Shown in pieces: positions 18,723 through 28,389 of a DNA stretch of 64,000 nucleotides; the stretch's first letter is position 1, and every line of letters starts with the position of its first letter. Source of the stretch: Nitrospirota bacterium. Lineage in GTDB: Bacteria; Nitrospirota; Nitrospiria; Nitrospirales; Nitrospiraceae. The stretch spans positions 288,001-352,000 of the forward strand of contig CAVPBK010000006.1 in assembly GCA_963701855.1 (NCBI GenBank). The letters run 5' to 3'. A model generated the notes under the pieces. The model did not search any database and had not been told where the DNA came from. It saw nothing but the letters and a program-made list of their open reading frames with translations. The position numbers and the translations under genes were made by a program.

Positions 18723-20643
18723 ACATCAACTTTCTCAGTGACGAAACAGCAGCCTGTCGCTCCGCCACGCCATGATCTCCTGTGACCAAACAGGTGACGA
18801 AGTCGTGCGGGAGCGCCCCCCGATAAGTCACGTGCAACACATCGATAGGAACTTTTGCCCCATACGACGAAGATCGCCAACCGAGGATCGGAGCTGTCTG
18901 CCCACGATGAACGGTAACCGCGCCCCCTTCGACCGTAAGACCGATTCGGGCTTCCGCTCCCTCGAGTACATATCCATTTCCATCCGCAACCGGCTTGAGA
19001 CCGAGATGCCAATTCAACTCAACCTCGTGGGTCCCGGATCCCGTCAATTGGTCAACGATCACCCACAAACCGGGGGATCGGTAGATGATGCCCCGCCAAT
19101 GAACGACGCCGTTTCGACCCAGATATCCGTCGTGCATGGCAATCAAGACCGTCTCACCGTCAGCGCGCTCTGCGCGGTACACCAGCCGGGAGTTGAAGGG
19201 AGAAGACCATTGAAAGGCCGTCTCCTGCACCGCCTGATCGAGCCCATCGACGACCACCGTATTGTGGGCGCTGGTTCCCCTGAAGTATTTCCGCCAATCC
19301 GGATCCCCCGAATAGATAAAGGTGCCGGTGTCGACCAAGACGTCCCGCCCCCCTGTTTGGAACAGGACCGATAGGGCATCGGCGTGCCCGTGCGCATAGC
19401 AGGGGGCCATTCCCAACGGGCCGTGATCCAGGATCAAACGAGCCGGGGAAACACCGACTGACTCCAGCACGGAATAGCCCGATTCCTCGAAGGTCGTCAG
19501 TCCAGGCGCACGAGAGGGTCTGACTGGAGAGAAATCGAGCACCGGACCGAGCGCGAATCCGCCGTCGCCGTCGCCGATCGAAGCGAGCCCGCCCGCCTCG
19601 TCGGTCATCGCCGAAAGAAATGTCCAGCTCTTGGTACAGGCGCGTTGCACCGCGTCAGAAATTCGTTCACCGTGCGCCTCAAGAAGCGCCATGACGAGAC
19701 CGTAGAGATCCGAGATAAACCGCAAATACCACACACCTTGCTCGATCCCCCCGCCGTCGGCTAAGACCTGGTGTGAGGATTCCGATTCCAACAACGTGAG
19801 CCCGGTCATGCGCCACTGCGCCGCGTGCGGCATCTCCGTAAAGAGCAAACCGGCATAGACCAGCGCGGTGGCCTCCGCGATCGTGTGGTTGCCCAACGAA
19901 GAATGCAGAGAAATCCGCTGCCGGATCAACTCCGCATGGCCTTGGACTAGCTGGACCACGGCCGGCCAGACCCGGTCGGGCTGCCGAATCCACGGACGGA
20001 CCTGGTCGAACGCATGGCAGACGGCAATGAGCCGGAGCCCGCATTCCATGGCCGAGACATAATGTACCCCAGTGAGATTGGGATTGGCGTCGATCCAGGA
20101 CAGAAATTGCGCTTCCATCGCACCGACCGCCCGCTCCCGAAGGGAGACATCACCCTGCACAGCGATCCGCGAGAGCACCACCAGCTGTTGAAGGCGAGAC
20201 GGCTCCCATACCCGACGGACATCGCCGTAAGGGTTGCCCTCGCGATACGGAATAGAACCGAAAAATCTCCGCGGCCAGGTCCGCCCCGTGTCGGGAGCCC
20301 GGTGCCATACGTCGGGATCCTGAGTCCAGGACCAATTCCAGTGGTCTTCAGGCAACCCGCCGGCCAGCACCCTGGCGCTCATCGCCTCATCAAGCTGCGG
20401 CTCGTAGAACCACACCGGCAACTGCGGCTCGCGCGCACAACAGTATCCATAGCAGTGGAAATCGAGCTGGTCCGCGTGCGTGGCCGTCAATCCGAGACGA
20501 TGCCGGAGGGAAAGGACGGCCAGCTCGTACTGTGAACCGACTCGTGACAGCACTTCGCCCGGCTGCATCACACTGAGCCGTCTGACATACCAGGCAAGCG
20601 CCCGTCCGGAAATCATGTTGGCCGATGTCCTTGTCGTCATCAT
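18703..20643 (-). CDS. Heparinase II/III-family protein
   Basis: WEPSRLQQL, GNHTIAE, IGDGDGG, AHGHADALS, VDTGTFIY, FRGTSAHNTV. Confidence 0.88.
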   Translation of the reverse strand: MMTTRTSANMISGRALAWYVRRLSVMQPGEVLSRVGSQYELAVLSLRHRLGLTATHADQLDFHCYGYCCAREPQLPVWFYEPQLDEAMSARVLAGGLPEDHWNWSWTQDPDVWHRAPDTGRTWPRRFFGSIPYREGNPYGDVRRVWEPSRLQQLVVLSRIAVQGDVSLRERAVGAMEAQFLSWIDANPNLTGVHYVSAMECGLRLIAVCHAFDQVRPWIRQPDRVWPAVVQLVQGHAELIRQRISLHSSLGNHTIAEATALVYAGLLFTEMPHAAQWRMTGLTLLESESSHQVLADGGGIEQGVWYLRFISDLYGLVMALLEAHGERISDAVQRACTKSWTFLSAMTDEAGGLASIGDGDGGFALGPVLDFSPVRPSRAPGLTTFEESGYSVLESVGVSPARLILDHGPLGMAPCYAHGHADALSVLFQTGGRDVLVDTGTFIYSGDPDWRKYFRGTSAHNTVVVDGLDQAVQETAFQWSSPFNSRLVYRAERADGETVLIAMHDGYLGRNGVVHWRGIIYRSPGLWVIVDQLTGSGTHEVELNWHLGLKPVADGNGYVLEGAEARIGLTVEGGAVTVHRGQTAPILGWRSSSYGAKVPIDVLHVTYRGALPHDFVTCLVTGDHGVAERQAAVSSLRKLMYGTQTH

Positions 20644-20646
20644 CGG

Positions 20647-20836
20647 CTAGGAGCCTGTCCGACATTGGCCTTCGCGACGAGGCGAAGGAGGCGCTGCCAG
20701 ATGCGAGGCCACAGGCCCGGAAAAACCGGAAGCGTATTCGCTGGAATACGTTGAGGATTTTTTCGAGCCGAGAACAACGCAGATGGTCGTGAATCATTCG
20801 CCGCAGTAGAATGGCCCATGTCGGACAGGCTCCTAG
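20647..20836. mobile_element. MITE-like element with perfect 19-bp terminal inverted repeats
   Basis: CTAGGAGCCTGTCCGACAT ... ATGTCGGACAGGCTCCTAG; no ORF inside; the right CTAG contains the oxidoreductase stop codon. Confidence 0.8.
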
Positions 20837-22986
20837 ACATCGTAGACCGCTCCGGTCTTCAACCCACCGACCGCCAAAAGACAGGCCCGCGTCACGGCAT
20901 AGATCTCGTCGAATCGTATGGCCGGCTCAGCACCCTGCGCCACACTTTCAGTGAACCGGCGCATTTCCTGTTCAAACCCCTTGTCGCGGACGCTGGTCTT
21001 GTACTTCGTCCTCTTCCCTTGGGCATAGAACTCAGTCACGGCAAAATCGTCCAGCGTGACGGCCTTACCGTCTCCGAAAGCCTCAAATCGTTCCTTGGCC
21101 AGACCGGTGTCTCCACCGGCGGTATAGACGACGGTGCCGATCGAACCGTCGTTGAAGGTGAGTGAAATCAGACTCTGGTCGTCCGCCATGCCGGAGGTAT
21201 GGCCGCCGATGCGCGCCGCATGAACCGAGATCGGCCGTCCCCCGCAAACGGCTTGCATGAAATCGACGAAATGGCAGGCCTCCCCGATAAGCCGCCCGCC
21301 GCCGACTTCAGGGTCCTGCACCCAATGAGTGGGCGGCAGAGGCCCGGCATTGACGCGATAGACCATGACCAAGGGGTTTCTTCGCCCCCGGAAGAACTCG
21401 ATGATCTTGGTTGCGTGCGAGGAGAATCGCCGGTTGAATCCAACCCACAGTTGCAAGCCGCGCGCTGCGGCATCTTCGTAGGACTGCGCAATCCGCTCGA
21501 GTTCGTCATGGGTCAGACAGAGCGGCTTTTCGACGAATACGTGTTTGCCGGCCTTCAACGCTTCGTCCACGATCTCGGCATGGGTATCGTGCCTCGTCCC
21601 TATGAGCACCGTATTGACTGCATCGTCGCGGAGCACGGAACGAAAATCGGTGGTGCAATAGGCCGCCTTGCACTTGTCTCCGACCATCTTGGCGGTGATG
21701 CCCGATCCTGTGCAGACCGCCGCGATCGTCACGCCGGACAGATTGGACAAGACCGGTAGCAACATATCCCGCACATGCTGACCCGCTCCGATCACGCCGA
21801 GCGTAACAGGTCCGGACGAACGAGCCTGCGCCAGATGACAGACCTGTAACCCGCGATCGCCAATTTCAGCGGAATAGGAAATGAGCAGGCCCAGCGAGGA
21901 AGCCGACCCGTCCGTCAGGCGTTGGTAGGCGACTTCAGCCTCTTCGATCGGATAGCGATCCGTGACGAGCTGCGCCACCTTTACGGAACCCTGTCGTAGC
22001 AGGTGGAGAAACGCCTCTATGTTCCGCTGCTCGGTCCACCGGACATACCCGAAAGGATAATCGCGACCCTGCTCTTCATACGAACGGTCGTATCGGCCCG
22101 GTCCGTAGGACATCGACAGGCGGAACTCCAGCTCTTTCTTGTAATAGGGCTCGCGAGGCAGCGTCATACCGACCGCGCCGACGACCACGACCCGTCCTTT
22201 CTGTCGAGCGATCTCACCAGCCGCCTCCACCGGTTCGTTCGACTTGGTACTGGCGGTAATGATGACGCCGTCGACGCCCTGTCCCTGACTGAAAGCCTTG
22301 GCTGCTTCGATCAGTTCTGACGCATCCGACACAACATCCGCGCCCAGTTCAGCAGCCAGTTCCCGTCTGGAACGGTCCAGGTCGGAACCCAACACCCGGC
22401 ATCCGGAGGCCTTGAGTAATTGCACCGTCAGTTGCCCGATCAATCCCAACCCGATCACAGCAACCCGGTCACCGAGCCGTGGCTCGGCCTGCCTCACCCC
22501 CTGCAATGCAATGGCGCCCAGCGTGACGAAGGAAGCATCGTCGAAGCTCACGCCGTCAGGAATCTTGACGCAGAGATGCTTCGGCACGGAGACGATCTCA
22601 GCGTGGGACGCATAATTCTGGCCCGCGCAGGCCACCCGATCGCCGACTGACAGTCCCGACACATCTCTCCCCATGGCCAGCACGACGCCTGCGCAACTGT
22701 AGCCGAGCGCAGCCGGGGTATCGAGCCGATCGAACACGCGATGGAGGGTCGCGAACACCCCATCTTTCTGCATAGCGGCAACAACTTTTCGGGCCATCTC
22801 CGGACGATCGAGCGCTTTGCCGAGCAGATTTTTTTGCGCAACTTGCACAGTGGAACGTTCAGTACCAGGACTGATCAGCGACACGCGATTGGCAACCAAC
22901 ACCTCGCAAGCAGACACAGTCGGGGCCGGAACGGACTCGACCTTGAGGACACCGGTCCTGAAGTTTTGGACGACTTGTTTCATCAA
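20833..22986 (-). CDS. Bi-domain oxidoreductase (Zn-binding dehydrogenase plus Gfo/Idh/MocA)
   Basis: SLISPGTE, LGYSCAG, GLGLIG, SYGPGRYD, GVIGAG, HVFVEKP, VGFNRRF, GEACHFVD. Confidence 0.92.
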   Translation of the reverse strand: MMKQVVQNFRTGVLKVESVPAPTVSACEVLVANRVSLISPGTERSTVQVAQKNLLGKALDRPEMARKVVAAMQKDGVFATLHRVFDRLDTPAALGYSCAGVVLAMGRDVSGLSVGDRVACAGQNYASHAEIVSVPKHLCVKIPDGVSFDDASFVTLGAIALQGVRQAEPRLGDRVAVIGLGLIGQLTVQLLKASGCRVLGSDLDRSRRELAAELGADVVSDASELIEAAKAFSQGQGVDGVIITASTKSNEPVEAAGEIARQKGRVVVVGAVGMTLPREPYYKKELEFRLSMSYGPGRYDRSYEEQGRDYPFGYVRWTEQRNIEAFLHLLRQGSVKVAQLVTDRYPIEEAEVAYQRLTDGSASSLGLLISYSAEIGDRGLQVCHLAQARSSGPVTLGVIGAGQHVRDMLLPVLSNLSGVTIAAVCTGSGITAKMVGDKCKAAYCTTDFRSVLRDDAVNTVLIGTRHDTHAEIVDEALKAGKHVFVEKPLCLTHDELERIAQSYEDAAARGLQLWVGFNRRFSSHATKIIEFFRGRRNPLVMVYRVNAGPLPPTHWVQDPEVGGGRLIGEACHFVDFMQAVCGGRPISVHAARIGGHTSGMADDQSLISLTFNDGSIGTVVYTAGGDTGLAKERFEAFGDGKAVTLDDFAVTEFYAQGKRTKYKTSVRDKGFEQEMRRFTESVAQGAEPAIRFDEIYAVTRACLLAVGGLKTGAVYDV

Positions 22987-23022
22987 GAAGGCCTAACTGA
23001 TTTGTTCGTTTAGGGATGCAGA

Positions 23023-23088
23023 ATTCTAGCGCATGGGTGGTTGTCCCTGTGGTACGCAAAGGTCAAGATTGAGTTAACGAATTGTTAA
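23023..23088 (-). promoter_or_regulatory. 11-bp-periodic box and -10 heading the main EPS/exosortase operon
   Basis: Minus strand TTAACA, TTAACT, TTGACC, GTACCA at 11-bp period; TAGAAT 60 bp after the first unit. Confidence 0.65.
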
Positions 23089-23102
23089 AATGGAAGGGCC
23101 TA

Positions 23103-23221
23103 TTCAGGGGTTCAGACTGAAGTGGGTCAGGCTGAAGGTTGATCTGGTCTGTCTGGTCTATTCGGTCTGTTTCGTGTATTTGGTCGAATAAAATCAACCA
23201 GATAGACGAGATAGACCAGAG
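23103..23221. repeat. GGCTGAAG-family arm fused to a 9-mer inverted tandem-repeat element
   Basis: TTCAGGGGTTCAGACTGAAG...GGCTGAAGG, then TCTGGTCTG TCTGGTCTA TTCGGTCTG TTTCGTGTA TTTGGTCGA / TCAACCAGA TAGACGAGA TAGACCAGA. Confidence 0.75.
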
Positions 23222-23504
23222 GAGAAAATGGGGATGGATCGGCCGGATTATTAAAAGGGCAGTGGCAAAAAAACAACTGACGCATTTAACAGATTCCACC
23301 TTACCGACAGAGGGTCAGCATGACATCGGCAAAGCATCTCGCCAAGACCTGGCGGTCGAAATGCTCTAAGAGATAGCACCTGCCGCTTGCCCCAAGTTGC
23401 TGACACCTGGTGGGATCGCCAACCTTCTCTTCGAACCTCCAACCTGAACCTCAGCCTCAACCTCGCTTCACCCCTCGAACCTCGAACATCCAGAGCCTGA
23501 TGGA

Positions 23505-23909
23505 TCAATCCGTCGAGATCATTCTCAGAAAATCCGCCAGCCGCACGAGCGGAATTCCTTCGAACTCTTTGAGCGCCAAGAGGTGGCGGTCGCCTGTGAC
23601 AACCAGATCGGCCTGGGCCGACAACGCGCACTCAAGAATTCGGTTATCGGGCACATTCTCAAACACGGTCACTGTGCGAGCCGGACGTACAATGGTCGCC
23701 GCGCGGCTTATCTGCTTCAGTGCCGCCAAGACATCTCGTTCAGGCTGGTCGAATTTGGTTCGGAGGATGCGAGTGGTCTCGGTCAAAATAGGAACTGAGG
23801 TGTACAGATCAACCTTGCGGCGATGGGCAAGCAGGAGAGCCTCTTCCCCCTTACTGCCTGGAACGATGAATGCCGACACAAACACATTCGTATCGTAGAC
23901 CACCTTCAT
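23505..23909 (-). CDS. PIN-domain toxin (VapC-like)
   Basis: MKVVYDTNVFVSA ... DNRILECAL..ADLVVTGDRHLL. Confidence 0.9.
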   Translation of the reverse strand: MKVVYDTNVFVSAFIVPGSKGEEALLLAHRRKVDLYTSVPILTETTRILRTKFDQPERDVLAALKQISRAATIVRPARTVTVFENVPDNRILECALSAQADLVVTGDRHLLALKEFEGIPLVRLADFLRMISTD

Positions 23910-24154
23910 CAGCGGTCCTCAAACACGATCCGTTCGACCTCCTTCTCGGTCAGCGCGCCGGTCTTGCGAACCCGGCCAGCCATCTTACGCTGGAGCGCAA
24001 TAAACTCCTGCTCATCACGCTCCGCCTTATAGGTGCTCACCATGCGACGAAACAAGTCGCTTTTGGTGGTCCCTTCGCGCTCCGCGAGTTGCTCGTACTC
24101 CCTCGCAAGCGCTGGACTCACCGAAAATCCCAGTACCGCCGTCTTGCGCGCCAT
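23909..24154 (-). CDS. Ribbon-helix-helix (CopG-like) antitoxin
   Basis: 81 aa, GFSVSPALAREYEQLAEREGTTKSDLFRRM; overlaps the PIN gene start. Confidence 0.85.
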   Translation of the reverse strand: MARKTAVLGFSVSPALAREYEQLAEREGTTKSDLFRRMVSTYKAERDEQEFIALQRKMAGRVRKTGALTEKEVERIVFEDR

Positions 24155-24242
24155 GGCAACCTCCTAGCAGTTTGTTGACAAACTAGATGACGGCACCGGA
24201 AGCGATACCACTTCTGGATCACTGACGGAAGCTGAATGGTCT

Positions 24243-24412
24243 GCAGGCTGTTCAGAAAGGCCAGACATCTCACCCCCCAACCCCGGCGCGCCAAGACGCG
24301 CCATTCCACAGCCAAGGCCGCAGCGAGCGAAGAGGCGATGCGTATTCTGTGCCGTACGTTGAGCCTCTGAGCGACGCGAGAACGCCGCTGACAGACTTTG
24401 TCAACAGCCTGC
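24243..24412. mobile_element. MITE-like element (GCAGGCTGTT..AACAGCCTGC termini)
   Basis: Terminal inverted repeats; the internal GCGTATTC..TACGTTGAG..GAGAAC segment is shared with the 20647-20836 element. Confidence 0.7.
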
Positions 24413-24470
24413 TAATTGTACAGTGTTAAACGCTACCACGCCCCAAGAGAACGGCAACCAGGGGGTTTAA

Positions 24471-24730
24471 CCCGCATTATTCATCACGGTTCGGCGCGAA
24501 ATCGCTGAGCCGCGTCGCGAGAGCGGCGCGCGGAGCCCGGGGGACTGACACCCTTCCCCGCGTCGGCACGTGGTGTCTGTCCCGGTCCGGACGAGGACAG
24601 GCGCCAGGAAGAAAGGCACCAGTCCCCAACAGTACGTTGAGGGTTCGAGGGGCGAGCCCGCCGACCGAAGGCTCGTCGTAGCAGCGGATCGGCGATTGCA
24701 GCAGAAGTGTTCATGAATATTGCGGGCTAG
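24471..24730. mobile_element. MITE/REP-like element (CCCGCATTATTCAT termini)
   Basis: CCCGCATTATTCAT ... ATGAATATTGCGGG-CTAG; internal GGGACTGACACC/GGTGTCTGTCCC hairpins; related copy at 38761. Confidence 0.7.
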
Positions 24731-24854
24731 ATGACATCGTGGCCTGCGGCCTTCAGCGGATCAACGGCGCCACCCCAGACGCAGGTATCGAGCAGAATTT
24801 TCACGAGGCGGATTCGAGAGGCAAAGGTATCTGCTCAGGTGGCAGGCTGAAGAC

Positions 24855-24950
24855 TGGTTGGTTTGGTTTATTTTGCTTGTTTGGTTCATCTGGTTGATTT
24901 CGTACAACCAAATAAACAAAAAGAACTAAACAAACAAGACAAACCAAAAC
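24855..24950. repeat. 9-mer inverted tandem-repeat element
   Basis: TTTGGTTTA TTTTGCTTG TTTGGTTCA TCTGGTTGA / CAACCAAAT AAACAAAAA GAACTAAAC AAACAAGAC AAACCAAAA. Confidence 0.8.
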
Positions 24951-25000
24951 TTGAGTCAAATGTAACAGGGCCACTGAACCGGCCATGCTACACTGCGCCC

Positions 25001-26212
25001 ATGAAACTGCTCCTTGTCGCCGGTGCGCGACCGAATTTCATGAAAATCGCCTCGATCGTCGTGGCACTCGACACACACAATCTCGGCGCGAAGAAGCGGA
25101 TCGACTATCTCCTGATCCATACAGGACAGCATTACGACGAGAAGATGTCCCAAACCTTCTTCCGGGAACTGGACCTGCCCAGGCCGGCTGTGGATCTGGA
25201 GGTCGGGTCCGGAACGCACGCGGCTCAGACCGCAGAGATCATGAAACGGTTTGAACCGGTGCTGGTCAAGGAACGACCAGATGCGGTTATCCTCGTCGGC
25301 GACGTCAACTCGACCATCGCCTGTGCGCTCGTTGCCTCGAAGATCGTCTACCCAGATGGAACGGACACGTCAGACCGAACCCGCCCATTCATCGTTCATG
25401 TCGAGGCAGGGTTGCGCAGCCGGGATCGCTCGATGCCGGAGGAGATCAACCGTATATTGACTGACGCCTTATCGGACCTGCTCTTTGTTACGGAGCAGAG
25501 CGCCGTTCATAACTTGCGAAGCGAAGGCATCACCCGCAACCGCATCCACCTCGTCGGCAATACGATGGTAGATACCTTGCTGCGCCATCAGGACCGCGCG
25601 GAACAATCTGCCATTCTGCAACGACTCGGCCTCGCAGGATCTGATTCAGACAAACAGGCAGTCCTGCCCTACGGCGTCGTGACGCTGCATCGACCGGGCA
25701 ATGTCGACGACCCAACCGCCTTTCGAAACATTCTCGACGCCTTGCTCACCATCGGACAGAGGCTGCCCCTCGTGTTTCCGGTCCATCCGCGAACCGTCTC
25801 CCGTATCCAGGAGTTCGGCCTTGCCGGCCAATGCCCCCTGCTGGCGCCACATGAGACAGTTCAAGATATCAAAGCAGGTTTGTATTGCATCGAGCCGCTG
25901 AGCTATCTCCATTTTCTCAAGCTGATGTCGAAGGCGAGAATCGTCCTCACGGACTCGGGAGGGATTCAGGAGGAAACGACGATGTTGGGCGTCCCTTGCG
26001 TCACCCTGCGGAATAACACAGAACGGCCTGTGACAGTCTCCGAGGGCACCAACGTGCTGGCAGGAACGTCGAAAGAGGCCATCGTGCGGCAGGCCTTCAG
26101 GCAGTTGAAGCGACGGGTGCAACGAACAAGGCCGCGCTTCTGGGACGGCAAAGCTGGACACCGCATCGTCAAAGTCCTCTCAAAAGCCATTCTCGCTACC
26201 CGCAAATCCTAA
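25001..26212 (+). CDS. wecB: UDP-N-acetylglucosamine 2-epimerase (non-hydrolysing)
   Basis: GARPNFMK, HTGQHYD, GDVNST, HVEAGLRS, MPEEINR, TLHRPGNVD, TDSGGIQEE, TERP. Confidence 0.95.
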   Translation: MKLLLVAGARPNFMKIASIVVALDTHNLGAKKRIDYLLIHTGQHYDEKMSQTFFRELDLPRPAVDLEVGSGTHAAQTAEIMKRFEPVLVKERPDAVILVGDVNSTIACALVASKIVYPDGTDTSDRTRPFIVHVEAGLRSRDRSMPEEINRILTDALSDLLFVTEQSAVHNLRSEGITRNRIHLVGNTMVDTLLRHQDRAEQSAILQRLGLAGSDSDKQAVLPYGVVTLHRPGNVDDPTAFRNILDALLTIGQRLPLVFPVHPRTVSRIQEFGLAGQCPLLAPHETVQDIKAGLYCIEPLSYLHFLKLMSKARIVLTDSGGIQEETTMLGVPCVTLRNNTERPVTVSEGTNVLAGTSKEAIVRQAFRQLKRRVQRTRPRFWDGKAGHRIVKVLSKAILATRKS

Positions 26213-26326
26213 TTCGCGCTTATCGATCCTTATTCGTTCTTCCTTCTCAACTCGAAGGTTTATGTGTGGATTGAGAGATGGATGAGACCCTAAACATCCC
26301 GAAGAGCAATCTGCGAAGCCGTTGAT

Positions 26327-27061
26327 TTAAGAAGAGCGATCTTTTTGTGCAGTGACTAAAAACATCGTGGCCATCCGTCGACCACGGTAGCTGCGAAAGA
26401 AGTTTTCTGAGAATTTCTGCAAAGGCAGAGAAAAATATTCCTCTTCATTTATTTTATAGCCAAATGCGGCCAGTAATGTATTAACACGGCCTGGATCAAA
26501 CTGGTGCCGTTGATGTTGCAGATATGAATCCTGCAACGCCAGAAATGGTCGAAGCGTGCGCTCAAAGATCCGAAAGAGAGAAAGACGATTAGGAAGAGAA
26601 AGAAGAAGAATCCCTCCTGGCTTTAAAATGGAATGGAACTGACGTAGCACTCTCTCATAATCAGAAACGTATTCCATTACGCTCGAACATATGATTAACC
26701 CGGCGGAATTCTCGTAAACCTTGGTTAATTCCTCTGAGAGGGGAAGAGAAGCGAGGATATACTCGGTTCGTGATCCAACTCCTTCCTCAACAGCTCGATG
26801 TCTCGCCAGTGCAAGCATTGCTTCACTCTGATCAAAGCCAACTATGCGAATCCCCCGGGCTGCGACCTGCCTGCTAATCGATCCATCACCGCATCCCATG
26901 TCCAGACAGAGTGACTTGCCTGGTATATGTGTAAAACTTTTTTCTATGGCCCGTTGCCACACCTTCAAACGCTCTTTGAATGCAGGAGAGTCCGAATAGT
27001 TAGAGATGAACGTGGTAGCCTTTCGATTAAAATGGGCTGTGACACTTTCTGGCCTCTTCAT
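26327..27061 (-). CDS. Class I SAM-dependent methyltransferase
   Basis: LDMGCGDG, GFDQSEAML, LKPGGILLL; visibly more AT-rich than its flanks. Confidence 0.88.
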   Translation of the reverse strand: MKRPESVTAHFNRKATTFISNYSDSPAFKERLKVWQRAIEKSFTHIPGKSLCLDMGCGDGSISRQVAARGIRIVGFDQSEAMLALARHRAVEEGVGSRTEYILASLPLSEELTKVYENSAGLIICSSVMEYVSDYERVLRQFHSILKPGGILLLSLPNRLSLFRIFERTLRPFLALQDSYLQHQRHQFDPGRVNTLLAAFGYKINEEEYFSLPLQKFSENFFRSYRGRRMATMFLVTAQKDRSS

Positions 27062-27126
27062 AATGCCTCATCCGGTTTGATCAAATACTCCCACGATGCC
27101 GCACATACAAATTTTCTTTTACCCTA

Positions 27127-28317
27127 TCAGGCCCGATGCCGTTCAGTCTGGCCCACTCTAGCGGCTGCAACTCGTAGGTGAGGATGTTGCCCTCCAGACG
27201 CCATTGTAAGGAGATCGCCCAAATCCTTAATGAATCGTTCGCTGGTATAGAACCGCTCGAACCGCTCCCGGGCATTCCGACCCATCCGCTCGACCTCTTC
27301 CGGATGGTCGAGGAACCAGAGAATGCGATCAGTCAGATGGTGAAGATCATTGCACCGCACCTCGAATCCGCACTCTCCCTCAATCACGGTATCCCTCAGG
27401 CAGCCTCGGTCCGTAAACAGCACCGGCAGCCCTGAAGCCATCGCTTCGAGCACGACAAGGGGTTGACCCTCTTGCTGTATTCCGGGAAACACGAACAGGT
27501 CTGCCGATGAATAGATGGACCGTTTATGTTCAACAGTGTTAACGGGACCGGTGAATTCGACATGGTTGCTGAGTCCATGCTGCGCAACGAACGCTTCCGC
27601 CTCCCGTCGATCTTCTTCATGTAGCCAGGGACCGGCGAAAATGAATTCCACGTCCTGCCTAATCTTCAAGACCATCGGGATCGCAGCCAGCAAGACCGAC
27701 GCGCCCTTCAGCCGGCTCAAGGTGCTCAAATGCAAAATCCGATACCGGCGTGGTTTGTGCGGGTTGGGGATCGGCTTGTGGACAGCCGGCCAGTCGATCC
27801 CATTCGGCACCACCGCGATCCTAGAAGGCGCGATGACGCTGGCAAAGAGATGACGGAGCGACTCGCCCAGGACGGCCACATGGGACACGCGGCGGAACAC
27901 CATCCGCACATACAACTTCATCGGATACGAACGACCATCGTACCAGCCTTTGAAATTCCCTCCATGGAGGTGAAAGATCACAGAAGCGCCCGCAATCCAG
28001 GCCGGCAGCATAAAGAAACTGTCTCGCAGAAAACCGATGGTCGACTGGGATATCGGCAAGTAGGCAACCGCTGGCCGCTCCTTTCGCAGAATCGCGAGTA
28101 GTTTCCACCACTGTTTGAGGAACAACACGACGTCGTAGAAATCAGGTTTGTCCACATGCTGAATTCCGCGTCGATCAGCTAGATCGAGATGTTCCAACCG
28201 GAATCGCTCACGAAGAGGAGATTTCAGAATGGCTTCTGTCGCCAGACTCACGCCGTGAAACGGCGGCGGGGTCGGCCCAATGATTACGACTATTGGAACC
28301 TCAGGCGTCGTGATCAT
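27127..28317 (-). CDS. Glycosyltransferase family 4
   Basis: GPTPPPFHG, HLHGG, VVPNGI, EGQPLVVLEAMASGLPV. Confidence 0.92.
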   Translation of the reverse strand: MITTPEVPIVVIIGPTPPPFHGVSLATEAILKSPLRERFRLEHLDLADRRGIQHVDKPDFYDVVLFLKQWWKLLAILRKERPAVAYLPISQSTIGFLRDSFFMLPAWIAGASVIFHLHGGNFKGWYDGRSYPMKLYVRMVFRRVSHVAVLGESLRHLFASVIAPSRIAVVPNGIDWPAVHKPIPNPHKPRRYRILHLSTLSRLKGASVLLAAIPMVLKIRQDVEFIFAGPWLHEEDRREAEAFVAQHGLSNHVEFTGPVNTVEHKRSIYSSADLFVFPGIQQEGQPLVVLEAMASGLPVLFTDRGCLRDTVIEGECGFEVRCNDLHHLTDRILWFLDHPEEVERMGRNARERFERFYTSERFIKDLGDLLTMASGGQHPHLRVAAARVGQTERHRA

Positions 28318-28389
28318 AACTTCAAGTTCAATCGATCTTTTTCTGTTGATTGCAGACCATTAGTACAACCAGAATGAAAACATTGGCAG

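Noticed and set aside
23290..23420. Possible riboswitch (for example c-di-GMP) upstream of the EPS operon
   Set aside because: Hairpins are present but I could not match the conserved motifs, and the segment lies upstream of the predicted promoter; an Rfam scan would be needed.
24951..24994. 11-bp box upstream of wecB
   Set aside because: Only one good unit (GTAACA) before TGnTACACT; too weak to count.
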